Source of the DNA: Mobula hypostoma | Taxonomy: Eukaryota | Assembly: GCF_963921235.1 (NCBI RefSeq) | Contig: NC_086108.1 | Coordinates: forward strand, 3,658,001-3,722,000 | Length of the DNA: 64,000 nucleotides | Direction of reading: 5' to 3' | Shown: positions 46,529-59,363 of the stretch, one piece after another | Numbering within the stretch: the stretch's first letter is position 1 | Layout of the letters: each line of letters begins with the position of its first letter | Notes under the pieces: generated by a model | What the model saw: the letters and a program-made list of their open reading frames with translations, nothing else | Databases searched by the model: none | What the model was told of the DNA's origin: nothing | Translations under genes and position numbers: made by a program

Positions 46529-49500
46529 CGTATATTAAATAGTTACATTAAATCCGTAGAGCAAAAAAACAGAAATAATAAAAAAGTAGTGTGGTAGAGT
46601 TCATGGGTTCAATGTCCATTCAGAAATCGGATGGCAGAGGGGAAGAAGCTGTTCCTGAATCATTGATCAGGCTCCTGTACCTCCTCCCTGATGGTAGCAA
46701 TGAGAAGAGGGCATGGCCAGGGTGATGGGGGTCCTTAATGATGGATGCCGCCTTTCTGAGACACCGCTGCTTGAAGATGTCCTGGATACTACGGAGGCCA
46801 GTGCCCGTGATGGAGCGGACTGAGTTTACAACTCTCTGCAGCTTACTTCGATCCGGTTCAATGGCCAGCACCCCCCCCCCCACCCCAAACCAGACGGTGG
46901 CGCAGCTTTTGTGTGTTTTTCATTTATTCCATCGTATTTATTTGCTGTAATGTGAATGCCTGCAGAAATTAATCTCAGGGTTGTATAATAGCGACATGTG
47001 CATACTTTGATAATAAATTGATCTGGAAGCGCAAGACTTTCGTTCACAGGAAGGCCCATTTGTGGGTTTGATTTCTGCAATGAAGTCAGTTTTCCAGCGC
47101 TCGGCCAGGTGAAAAACAGAGCGAGGTGCTGTCCATGCAGACAGGAAATTGCAAGTAACACTTTGTCTGTCGCTTGTCGCCACTTTAAAGTGTGTTTGCG
47201 TGATGCCGAGTTAGTTTTACCGAGTCTAGCACGTATAGAGAGCCAATTTCACTTTGTTGATTGCACGGAATAGGAGGGTAGACACTTCAAATGCAAACAG
47301 ACACCTTTTTTTTGTAAATAGAGAACGGGATCGTTGTGAAATATAAGGACATAACTCGCGCGAAAGTGGGCAGCGTCGAGACCACTCTGCTCGAAACGGC
47401 AACTAAACGCGTTTTGTCAGAGTCTTCGCTGTTCTTGGTGAGTAAGTGCGGATCTCGGCGGCACTAGGCAATGCCGATCAGCGAGGAGGAGCGGGGCATT
47501 TCACCCTGGAGTCCTGAGGTCAGCAATTTGATTCCCAGGCATCTATTGTTCGCCTGAACTGCGAAACGTGATAAATATGTGGACCGGAGCGCACAGACTC
47601 AGAATAGAGGGGCGTCTCTTTAGAAAAGAGATGAGGAGGGATTTCTTTAGCCAGAGGGGTAAATTCATTGCCATGGACGGCAGTGGAGGCGAGTCATTTG
47701 GTATATTTAAAGCGGAGGTTAATAGTCAGGGCGTCAAAGGTCACGGGGGAAAAGGCAGGAAAGTTGAGGTTGAGAGGGGAATTCAGGCATCACGGAACGG
47801 TGGAGCGGATTCGACGGGCCGAACGGTCTAATTCTGTTCTTATGTCTTGCGGCTGTGAGGAGATTCAGTGGAGTGGGGTCGGGAAACATCACGGGGCGAA
47901 GGTGAAGCGAGGGAGGAAGGGAGTCGCTGAGCGAAGGTGAGAGGAGATCTCTCCTGATCCGCGATGCTGGCGGGGCAGGCAGATTCAAACCTCACCCCGT
48001 CAAAAGGGGAAAGCAGCTGAGGAACACCTAGTCTCCTTTATCTTTGGAGACTGCTGAGGAGCGATGCAGTGGCAGTTTAAAGAAGGGACCTGCTAAACTG
48101 AACGTACAGAATGTCTCCAGTTAGATTAGCAAGAGGCTGCTCACAGAAAGGAAGCTCGGGAGAAGCTTCCTGCAAGGGAAGGCAGGTCACGGCGTAAACG
48201 GATCGGTGGGACTTCTTTAAAAGTAATTTTGATGATCTATTTTTGAAGTGATTTTCAAATCATCCGGTGAATGGAACTTGTGGGCGGTAAGATTTATTTT
48301 ATTTTAGTTTATTTAGCGCGGAATAGATCCTTCGAGCCGCGCCGTTCACCAACCCCCCTATTCAACCCTAGCCCAACCATGGGGCAATTTACAATGTCCA
48401 GTTACCCTACCAACCAGTTAGATTCTTGACTGGTCAGGGAATGAAGGGATGTGGGGAGAAGGCAGGAGATTGGGGCCGAGAAGAAAATTGGATTAGCCAT
48501 GATGAAATGGCGGAGGAGAATCGATGGGCCAAATGGCCTAATTCTGCTCTTATATCTTATAGTCATATATATTTATACTTCCTGTAATACATTTTTCTCT
48601 CTGTTATCATGCATTGGATCGTGCTGCTGCCGCAAAGTTAACATCTCACGACATGTCCCGGTGACATTTAAGCTGATTCAATTACCTCTCGGCTGGGTGG
48701 TTCAGCACCCCCTCCCGGTTACCCTGTTTCTTCCATCCTCAGTGCCCAAGAATTTCTCCGCCTCTGTCACAATTAGTCGGCGCCCGAACTTCCACAGCTC
48801 CTCTGGGCGGAGAATCGGAAGATCCATCGCCCTTACAACGTGAAACATTACGGGATAGTCCTTGCCGTTCAGCTTATAATATTTAACCAACTCCGAGATC
48901 AATCCGACCCCTCTAAGAGTTTCTGAATTGTCCCTACCACCTACCAGTGTGCTCTATGCTCCCACCAGTCTCCGGTTAAAGAGCTACCTTTGACAGCTCC
49001 CGATACTTTCCTCCAATCACTTCAAAGTTATGCCCCTTGTCTGAGCCATTTCCACTCTGGGAAAAGGTCTCTGACTGTCCATCCATCTGCGTCTCTTATC
49101 ATCTTGTACATCTCTATCAAGTCTTCTTAGAATAAAGATTCCTTCATTTCTGATTCAGACATTATAACTGTTATATGAATGTCCGTGACCTTACAGGTAG
49201 CATAGTGCTGACCTGGGTTCAATTCCCGCTGCTGCCTTTAAGGAGTTTACTCAAATATATATATATATATATGTAAATAATAGTTAAATAAGTAATGCAA
49301 AAATAGAAATAAAAAAGTAGTGAGGTAGTGTTCATGGGTTCAATGTTCATTCAGAAACCTGGTGGCAGAGGGGAAGAAGCTGTTCCTGAATCATTGAGTG
49401 TGTGTCTTCAGGCTCCTGTACCTCCTCCCTGATGGTAGTAATGAGAAGAGGGCATGTCCTGGGTGGTGGGGGTCCTTAATGATGGATGCTGCCTTTTCGA

Positions 49501-51349
49501 GGCATCGCTCCTTGAAGATGTCAAGGGTGGTGGAGTAGGTGTGCTGGGTGAATGGCCTGTGTTCCTTTCCATTCTCCCCACATTTGTAAATTGAAAATTA
49601 ATTGGTAAATGTGTTAGTTGTTGTCACGGATACGGAGGTACAGTGGACAAGTACGTTTTGCATGGCGTTCCTACAGATGATTTCATCACATCAGTGCATT
49701 GAGGCAGAACAAGGGGGACAATAGCAGAGTGCAGAGTAAAGTGTCGCAGTCACAGGGAAAGGGCAGAACAGGCAGACAGTAATGTACAAGGGGCAAGAGA
49801 AGGCAGGTAGATTATGAGGGCAAGAGTCCAATTTGTCATAGTAGAGGACCATCAAGGAGTCTGATAATACTGGGGCAAAAGCTGTCCTGGGGCCTGGTGA
49901 TACTGATTTCAGGCATTTGTATCTTCTACTCAATGGGAGAGGAGAAAGAGAGAATGTCCAGGGTGGGTGAGGTCTTTGATTATGTTGGCTGCTTTACTGA
50001 GGCAGGGAGAAGTCCTGCTTCCTTGTAGGCGGTGGGTGTGATGGAGAGTGACGAGGGGGTTGACCAGGGAAATAAGATGGGGTGGTGGTGTGGATCTGGA
50101 TGAGGCATTGAACTGGACAGAAGGATGGTGTGGACGAGAGGAAGATGTGGATGAGACGATGGTGTGGATGGTCCTGCTTTGTTAGGACAATGAAATGGAC
50201 GGACAATGGTGTGGAAAGTGGGATGGTGCGACAGTGTGGACAGAGGGATGGAGCGGAGAGGCAGATGAAGCTGAGAAATGTGAAATGTTAGTTTCTTGGG
50301 AAGAGTTAGAGGTGATAGAAACTAGGGGCTGTAATTCTGAAAGGGCAAAATGACTCAGTTTGTTGAAATTGATCGAAAAGGCTAGAAAATGGTTCTGAAA
50401 ATCAGAAGGGTTTTCCAGCTTTGGAACTGAGAGCAAGAGGAGGGGTGTGGTGGTGGGAGACTGAGGTGGAAAGACAAGGGAATGTAGAAGCTGCAGATCT
50501 GGAGCAATGCACGGCCGATCAGGCAACGTCTGCCGAGGGAAATGGACGGTTGATGTTACCAGCCAAAACCCTTCATCTGGTCTGAAAGAGAGAGGGGGAG
50601 TAAAGAAGGTACTCTACTGGAAATGTCGACTATCCATTTCCATCCACAGATGCTGCCCGACCCACAGGCTTCCTCCAGAATCTAATGGCGAACACTGCTG
50701 GGTTACGCATTAGATCACTTTTGGGCTCCATGGCTTAGAAAAGATACAAAGAGTTTTGAGAGGGTGTGGAAGAGATTTACCACAATGATGGGCTGGGGTG
50801 GTGAAAGTACACTTGAGAGAGAGAGAGGGGTGAATGTATGCATGCCAGACAGAGAGAGAAAAGTTTGAGGGCACAGAAGTACTTATACCAGACAGAGACA
50901 GAAAGAGGGAGAAAGAGAGAGAGGAGGGGTGAAAGTACACGTGTGAGAGAGAGAGAGAGAGAGAGGCACAAGGCAAAACAAAGTACTGCAGGAGCTCAAC
51001 CCCACTGTCCATGTCACCCCACAGACACTGTTCCACCCACTGGTTGCAGAATCTGTAATCACTTGTCCTCTGGGAATGAAAGACATTAGTTCAGACTTGT
51101 ATCAGGCAGGGAGCCAAGAGCGACACACAAAAAATGCAGGAGGAACTTAACATATTAGCAGAATTAGGCCATTCAGCCCATCGAGTCTGCTCCGCCATTC
51201 CATTATGACTGATTTATTATCCCTTTTAACCCCATTCTCCCACCTTCTCCCTGTAACCTTTGACATCCTGACTAATCTAGAACCTGTCACCTCTGCTGAA
51301 TGGGGAGGTTCGGCTGGTGGCAGATGGAGTGGGGTTACAGAGAGCATGT

Positions 51350-52562
51350 CACACGCACAGACATACAGTCACATTCACACACACTCACTCACACACACAC
51401 GCTCACACACACATACACTCACACACATACTCACTCACTCTCACACACACACACACTCACACACACTCTCACACAGACACACACACACACTCACTCCCTC
51501 ACTCTCACACACACTCACACACACTCTCGCACACACACTCTCTCACACACACACGCTCACACACACTCACTCACACACACACACTCACACACACTCATTC
51601 ACTCTCACACACACACACTCACACATACTCACACACACTCTCACACAGACACTTTCACACACATTCACTCACACTCTCACACAGACACTCTCACACACAC
51701 ACTCACACACACACACAAACTCTCACACACTCACACACACACTCTCACACACACTCCCACACACACTCACACACACTCACTCACACTCTTACACAGACAC
51801 TCTCACACACACAGTCACTCACTCTCACACACACACACACACTCACACACACTCTCACACAGACACTCACACACACACACTCACTCACTCCCTCACTCTC
51901 ACACACACTCTCACACACACACTCTTACACACTCACACACACACACTCACACACACTCACTCACTCACACACTCACACACACACACATTCTCACACACAC
52001 TCACTCACACTCTCACACACACACACACTCACACACACTCTCACACACACTCTCTCTCTCACACACACACACACTCACACACACTCACTCACACACACAC
52101 TCTCTCACTCACACACACACACTCACACACACTCACTCACTCTCACACACACACACTCACACACACTCACACACACACTCACACACACTCTCACACACAC
52201 ACACTCACACACACTCACTCACACTCTCACACAGACACTCTCACACACACAGTCACTCACACACACACACACACTCACACACACTCTCACACAGACACTC
52301 ACACACACACTCACTCACTCCCTCACTCTCACACACACACTCTCACACACACACACTCACACACACACTCTCACACACTCACACACACTCACTCACACAC
52401 ACTCACTCACTCTCACACACACCCACACACACACACACACACACTCACACACACTCACTCACTCACACACTCACACACACACACTCTCACACACACTCAC
52501 ACACACACTCCCACACACACTCATTTACTCACTCTCACACACACACACACACACACAAACAC
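51350..52562. repeat. Compound (CA)n/(CACT)n/(CT)n low-complexity array
   Basis: Direct observation; ends in a PLE-unit tail ACATAAGATGCTGGAGGAACTCAGC. Confidence 0.97.
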
Positions 52563-52604
52563 ATAAGATGCTGGAGGAACTCAGCAAATCAGGCAGAAAA
52601 GGTT

Positions 52605-53350
52605 AAAAGCTTTAGGACAGAGATCAGGAGGAATTTCTTTCGCCAGAGGGTGGTGAATCCGTGGAATTCATTGCCACAGACGGATGTGGTGGCCAGGTTA
52701 GTGGGTATATTTAAAGCAGCGGTTGATAGGTTCTTGATTAGTCACAGTATCAAAGGTTACGGTCAAAGGTTACAGGGAGAAGGCAGGAGATTGGCACTGA
52801 GGAGGAAATGGATCAGCCATGATGAAATGGCAGAGCAGACTCGATGGGCTGAATGGCCTAAATCTGCTCCTGTGCCTCATGGTCTTATGGAGGGGGATAA
52901 AAAGTTGATGCTTTGGGGTTTAAAAGCCATAAGGTTTATAAACCAGGGCTTGGAGGGTGGGTGGTCGGGACCTCATCACGGAAGGGGAGATCTGATAGAG
53001 GTTTATAAGATTATGAGAGGCATAGATCGAGTGGACAGAGAGTATCTGTTTCCCAGGGTTGAAATGTCTAATACCAGAGGCCATGCATTGAAGGTGAGGG
53101 GGGGTAGGTTCAAGGGGGATGAGAGGGGTAAGTGTTTTTACTCAGAGTGTAGTGGATGCCCTGTCTAGTATGGTGGTAAAGGTTAAAATATTAGAGGGTT
53201 TTAAGAGGTGTTTAGGTGTAGGGAAGATGGGGAGATATGGACTTGGTGTAGGAGAGATTAGTGTTTGAGTGTTTTTGATTTGCTTTCTATTTGATTAGCA
53301 CAACATTGTGGGCCAAATGGCCTGTTCCTGTGCTGTACTCTTCTGTGTTC
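52605..53350 (+). mobile_element. Two CR1 3' fragments
   Basis: FRTEIRRNFFRQRVVNPWNSLP and GDLIEVYKIMRGIDRVDREYLFP. Confidence 0.85.
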
Positions 53351-53401
53351 TATTTTTCCGCATTTCTGCTGTGCTCGAAGGAATGAAACCTAGTCCCCTT
53401 C

Positions 53402-55915
53402 GGCAGCCAGGGTTCCCTCATCTGCTTCCGGCATTCTGAGGCAGCCAGGGTTCCCTCATCCACCTCCGGCATTCTGAGGCAGCCAGGGTTCCCTCATCCA
53501 CCTCCGGCATTCTGAGGCAACCAGGGTTCCCTCATCCCCCTCCGGCGTTCTGAGGCAGCCAGGGTTCCCTCACCGGCCTCCGGCGTTCTGAGGCAGCCAG
53601 AGTTCCCTCATCCACCTCCGGCGTTCTGAGGCAGCCAGGGTTCCCTCATCCACCTCCGGCGTTCTGAGGCAGCCAGGGTTCCCTCATCCACCTCCGGCGT
53701 TCTGAGGCAGCCAGAGTTCCCTCATCCCCCTCCGGCGTTCTGAGGCAGCCAGGGTTCGCTCATCCCCCTCCGGCGTTCTGAAGCAGCCAGGGTTCCCTCA
53801 CCGGCCTCCGGCGTTCTGAGGCAGCCAGGGTTCCCTCACCGGCATCCGGCGTTCTGAGGCAGCCAGGGTTCCCTCATCCACCTCCGGCGTTCTGAGGCAG
53901 CCAGGGTTCCCTCAACCACCTCCGGCATTCTGAGGCAGCCAGGGTTCCCTCATCCACCTCCGGCGTTCTGAGGCAGCCAGGGTTCCCTCATCCCCCTCCG
54001 GCGTTCTGAGGCAGCCAGGGTTCCCTCATCCACCTCCGGCGTTCTGAGGCAGCCAGGGTTCCCTCATCCACCTCCGGCATTCTGAGACAGCCGGGCTTCC
54101 CTCATCCCCCTCCGGCGTTCTGAGGCAGCCAGGGTTCCCTCATCCCCCTCCGGCGTTCTGAGGCAGCCAGGGTTCCCTCACCGGCCTCCGGCGTTCTGAG
54201 GCAGCCGGGGTTCCCTCATCCCCCTCCGGCGTTCTGAGGCAGCCAGGGTTCCCTCAACCCCCTCCGGCGTTCTGAGGCAGCCAGGGTTCCCTCATCCCCC
54301 TCCGGCATTCTGAGGCAGCCAGGGTTCCCTCATCCACCTCCGGCGTTCTGAGGCAGCCAGGGTTCCCTCACCGGCCTCCGGCATTCTGAGGCAGCCAGGG
54401 TTCCCTCATCCCCCTCTGGCGTTCTGAGGCAGCCAGGGTTCCCTCATCCCCCTCCGGCGTTCTGAGGCAGCCGGGGTTCCCTCACCGGCCTCCGGCGTTC
54501 TGAGGCAGCCAGAGTTCCCTCATCCCCCTCCAGCGTTCTGAGGCAGCCAGGGTTCCCTCATCCCACTCCGGCGTTCTGAGACAGCCGGGGTTCCCTCATC
54601 CCCCTCCGGCGTTCTGAGGCAGCCGGGGTTCCCTCATCCCCCTCCGGCGTTCTGAGGCAGCCAGGGTTCCCTCATCCACCTCCGGCGTTCTGAGGCAGCC
54701 AGGGTTCCCTCATCCACCTCCGGCGTTCTGAGACAGCCGGGGTTCCCTCATCCCCCCCCGGCGTTTTGAGGCAGCCAGGGTTCCCTCACCGGCCTCCAGC
54801 GTTCTGAGGCAGCCAGGGTTCCCTCACCGGCATCCGGCGTTCTGAGGCAGCCAGGGTTCCCTCATCCTCCTCCGGCGTTCTGAGGCAGCCAGGGTTGCCT
54901 CATCCACCTCCGGCGTTCTGAGGCAGCCAGGGTTCCCTCACCGGCCTCCGGCGTTCTGAGGCAGCCAGGGTTCCCTCATCCCCCTCCGGCGTTCTGAGGC
55001 AGCCAGGGTTCCCTCACCGGCCTCCGGCATTCTGAGGCAGCCAGGGTTCCCTCATCCCCCTCCGGCGTTCTGAGGCAGCCGGGATTCCCTCATCCCCCTC
55101 CGGTGTTCTGAGGCAGCCAGGGTTCCCTCATCCCCCTCCGGCGTTCTGAGGCAGCCAGGGTTCCCTCATCCACCTCCGGCGTTCTGAGGCAGCCAGGGTT
55201 CCCTCACCGGCCTCCGGTGTTCTGAGGCAGCCAGGGTTCCCTCATCCCCCTCCGGCGTTCTGAGGCAGCCAGGGTTCCCTCATCCACCTCCGGCGTTCTG
55301 AGGCAGCCAGGGTTCCCTCATCCACCTCCGGCGTTCTGAGACAGCCAGGGTTCCCTCATCCCCCTCCGGCGTTCTGAGGCAGCCAGGGTTCCCTCACCGG
55401 CCTCCGGCGTTCTGAGGCAGCCAGGGTTCCCTCATCCCCCTCCGGCGTTCTGAGGCAGCCAGGGTTCCCTCACCGGCCTCCGGCGTTCTGAGGCAGCCAG
55501 GGTTCCCTCATCCCCCTCCGGCGTTCTGAGGCAGCCGGGGTTCCCTCATCCCCCTCCGGTGTTCTGAGGCAGCCAGGGTTCCCTCATCCCCCTCCGGCGT
55601 TCTGAGGCAGCCAGGGTTCCCTCATCCCCCTCCGGCGTTCTGAGGCAGCCAGGGTTCCCTCATCCACCTCCGGCGTTCTGAGGCAGCCAGGGTTCCCTCA
55701 TCCACCTCCGGCGTTCTGAGGCAGCCAGGGTCCCCTCACCGGCCTCCGGCGTTCTGAGGCAGCCAGGGTTCCCTCATCCCCCTCCGGCGTTCTGAGGCAG
55801 CCGGGGTTCCCTCACCGGCCTCCGGCGTTCTGAGGCAGCCAGGGTTCCCTCACCGGCCTCCGGCGTTCTGAGGCAGCCAGGATTCCCTCACCGGCCTCCG
55901 GCGTTCTGAGGCAGC
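53402..55915. repeat. 38-bp GC-rich minisatellite, about 66 copies
   Basis: Unit GGCAGCCAGGGTTCCCTCA(TCCA/TCCC/CCGG)CCTCCGGCGTTCTGA; period 38 measured from 53402 to 53440. Confidence 0.97.
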
Positions 55916-56821
55916 GCTACATTCTTGAGGTGCCCGGCTCTCTGATGCAATATTAAACCAGTTGTTTGTACGCTGGGGTCATGGTTAACAATATAAGGAA
56001 ACACAGAGTGAGGAGTGGCGAGTTGCTGTGGGGTTTGTGGGTGGGGTGCAGATATCTCCAATGCCTTTGTGGCAATATTTAACCCTAAATTAACATCGGC
56101 CAATCAGACTACTGTTCCATCCCACATAGTTCTCGGTTTTTCTGTCTAAGAGTTTCTTAAATACCCCGAATATATCTGCCTCTACCACCCCACCCCCCAG
56201 CAACAAATTCCATGCACAAGCCACTCTGTGTATAAAAAGCAACTACTCTGACTTCCCTCTCCCCCTCTACATCCTTCCCAACACCTTAAAATGATACCCT
56301 AAAACCCAGATCCCACACAATTCCTTCCTCAACTGATGCTGCCGAGTTCTTCCAGCGACTGTGGGAGGTATTGTGGGGGGCAAAATGGACTGTGAGTGGT
56401 AATGCGGCGGGGGGGGGCAAAATGGACTGAATGGCCTGCCCGTCTTGCTGTATGCTCTTTCCACACTCGTGGATGTTTTGGGGGTGTGTGAGGCAGACAG
56501 CGGGCAAATCTTAATGTTGTTCAAGGGCGTTTTGAAGTCAAATTTGGCTGCAAATTCCAAAACATTCTGAGCTAACAGCAAAACCCCTGGGGGAGCTCGG
56601 TGGGTCTCTGGAAACAGAGCAATTTAGACTGTCTTGCTTTTGTTATTCTTTCTTTCGCTGTAAGGCATATCTTTCATAAAACATAGAGTGTAACACAGTT
56701 CCGTTCCTTCGGCCCATGGTGTGCTGACCCAAGATCATTTGAACACTCCCTTCTTACACAGCCCTCCATTTCTCTATCATCCATGTGCCTAGCTAAAAGT
56801 TTCTCAAATGTCCCTAATGTG

Positions 56822-58990
56822 CAGTGCCCATAAAAAGTATTCACAACCCCCCCCCCTGCATGTTTTCATGTTTTATTGTTTTACAACATTGAATCACAGT
56901 GGATTTAATTTGGCTTATTTTGACACCGATCAAGAGAAAAAGACTTCTTTGTGTCAAAGTGAAAACAGTTTCTACAAATAGGTCTAAATTTATTACAATT
57001 ATTAAACACACAGTAACTGATTACACCCCCTCCAAGTCAGTATTTAGTAGATGTACCTTAGGCAGCAATTACAGCCTTGAGTCTATGTGGATAGGTCTCT
57101 ATCAACTTTGCACATCTGGACACTGCAATTTTTCCTTATTCTTCTTTACAAAACTGCTCAAGCTCTGTCAGATTGCATGGGGATCGTGAGTGAACAACCC
57201 TTTTCAAGTCCAGCCACAAATTCACAGTTAGGTTGAGGTTTAGACTCAGACATGGCCACTCCTGGACATTAACTTTTCTGTTTTTAAGCCATTCCTTTGC
57301 AGCTTTGGCATTATGTTTGGGGCCATTATCTTGCTGGAAAACAAATCTTCTTCCAAGTTGCAGCTCTCTTGCAGACCGAATCAGGTTTTCCTACAGAATT
57401 TCCCTGTATTTTGCTGTATTCATTTTACCCTCTACCTTCACAAGCCTTCCAGGGCCTGCTGCAGTGAAACAGCCTCACAGCAAGAGCCGAGAGCTAATAT
57501 TTCATATTAATATAGGTCCCTGGTCAGACCGTACTTGGAGTACTGTACTCAATTCTGGTCACCTCACTACAGGAAGGATGTGGATACTATAGAGAAAGTG
57601 CAGAGGAGATATACAAGGACATTGCCTGGATTGAGGAGCGTGCCTTATGAGAATAGGTTGAGTGAACTTGGCCTTTTCTCCTTGGAGCGACGGAGGATGA
57701 GAGGTGACCTGACAGAGGTGTATAAGATGATGAGAGACATTGATCGTGTGGATAGTCAGAGGCTTTTTCCCAGGACAGAAATGAGTAACATGAGAGGGAA
57801 TAGTTTTAAGGTGCTTGGAAGTAGGTACCGGGGGATGTCAGGGGTAAGTTTTTCACACAGAGAGTGGTGGGTGTGTGGGATGCACTGCCAGTGACAGTGG
57901 TAGACGTGGATACAATAGGGTCTTTTATGAGACTCCTGGATAGGAACATGGAGCTTAGAAAAACAGAGGGCTATGCAGTGGGGAAATTCTAGGCAGCTTC
58001 TAGAGTAGGTTACATGGTCGGCACAACATTGTGGGCCGAAAGGCCTGTAATGTGCTGTAGATCTCTACGTTTTATGATGCAGCCATCACCATGCTTCACA
58101 GTAGCAATGGTCTGTGTTTGATGATGTGTAGTGTTTAGCTTACGCCAAACATAGCATTTAGTCTGATGGCCAAAAAACTCAATTTTGGTTTCATCAGACC
58201 TTTTTCCAGCTGACTTCAGTGTTTCCTATATGCCTTTTGTTAAACTCAAGCTGAGATTTCATGTGAGTTTTTTCCAACAGTGGCTTTCTCTTTGCCACCC
58301 TCCCATAAAACCGCACCTGGTGAAGAACCCGGGCAACAGTTGTTGTATGCACAGTCTCTCCCATCTCAGCCACTAAAACCTGTAACTCCTCCAGAGTTGT
58401 CATAGGTCTCTTGGTGGCCTCCCTCACTAGTCCCCTTTTTGCACGGTCACTCAGTTTTTGAGGACAGCCTGCTCTCAGGGAGACTTACAGCTGTGTCATA
58501 TTCTTTCCATTTCTTGATGAGTGAGTTATCTGTACTCCAAGGATTATTTAGTGACTTGGAAACTTTTTTGTATTCATCTCCTGACTTGTGCTTTTCAATG
58601 ACCTTTTGTGGAGTTGCTTTGAGTGTTCTTTTGTCTTCTTGGTGTAGTTTTTGGCAGGATACTGACTCACCAACAGTTGGACCTTCCAGATACAGATGTA
58701 TTTTTACTACAATCAATTGAAACATCTTGACTGCACACGGTGATCTCCTTTTAACTAATTACGTGACTTCTGAAACCAATTAGCTGCACCAGTGATGATT
58801 TGGTGTGTCATCTTAAAAGGGGTGAATACTTATGCAATCAATTATTTTGCATTTTATATTTAGATCACTTTGTAGAGACCTGTTTTCATTTTGACATGAG
58901 AGTCTTTTTCTGTTGATCACTGTCAGAAAAGCCAAATTAAATTCACTGTGATTCAATGTTGTAAAACAACAAAACATGAAAACTTCCGGG
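56822..58990 (-). mobile_element. Tc1 transposon copy 2 (decayed), inserted in a CR1 fragment
   Basis: Left TIR CAGTGCCCATAAAAAGTATTCAC; transposase pieces KVIEKHKSGDEYKKVSKSL, REATKRPMTTLEELQ, GRVAKRKPLL. Confidence 0.9.
57482..58073 (+). mobile_element. CR1 3' part inserted in Tc1 copy 2
   Basis: EYCTQFWSPHYRKDV...GDLTEVYKMM; Tc1 sequence CACAGC|ATGATGCAGC is split here. Confidence 0.92.
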
Positions 58991-59363
58991 CAGGGGACTG
59001 TGACTGTCTCTACCACCACCCCTGGCAGGGTATTCCACACACCCACCACTCTCAGTGAGAGAAAAAATCTTGCATATGACATCACCCCCCCCCCCATACT
59101 TTTCCTCCAAACACCTGAAAATTATGTGCCCTGGTATTAGCTATTTCTGCCCTGGGGGAGAAAGTTTCTGGCTATCCTCTTGATCAATGCTTCTTATCTT
59201 ATACACCTCTATCAAATCACTTCTTATCCACCCTCACTCCAAGGAGAAGTCAAACCATTCATTGTCAATGAACTATATACATGTATACTGCCAAATGAAA
59301 CTTTTCTCCGGACCTATCCTCATTAGACATGCTTTCTAATCCAGGCTACATTCTGGTAAATCT

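Noticed and set aside
47135..47172. pre-miRNA hairpin (GCAGACAGG / TTGTCTGT)
   Set aside because: Stem is only about 8 bp and I recognise no mature miRNA sequence
51205..53168. 430-620 aa His/Thr-rich ORFs
   Set aside because: Low-complexity CA/CT array read into CR1 fragments
53402..55915. CRISPR array or functional CpG island
   Set aside because: No spacers; the high CpG comes from amplification of one unit
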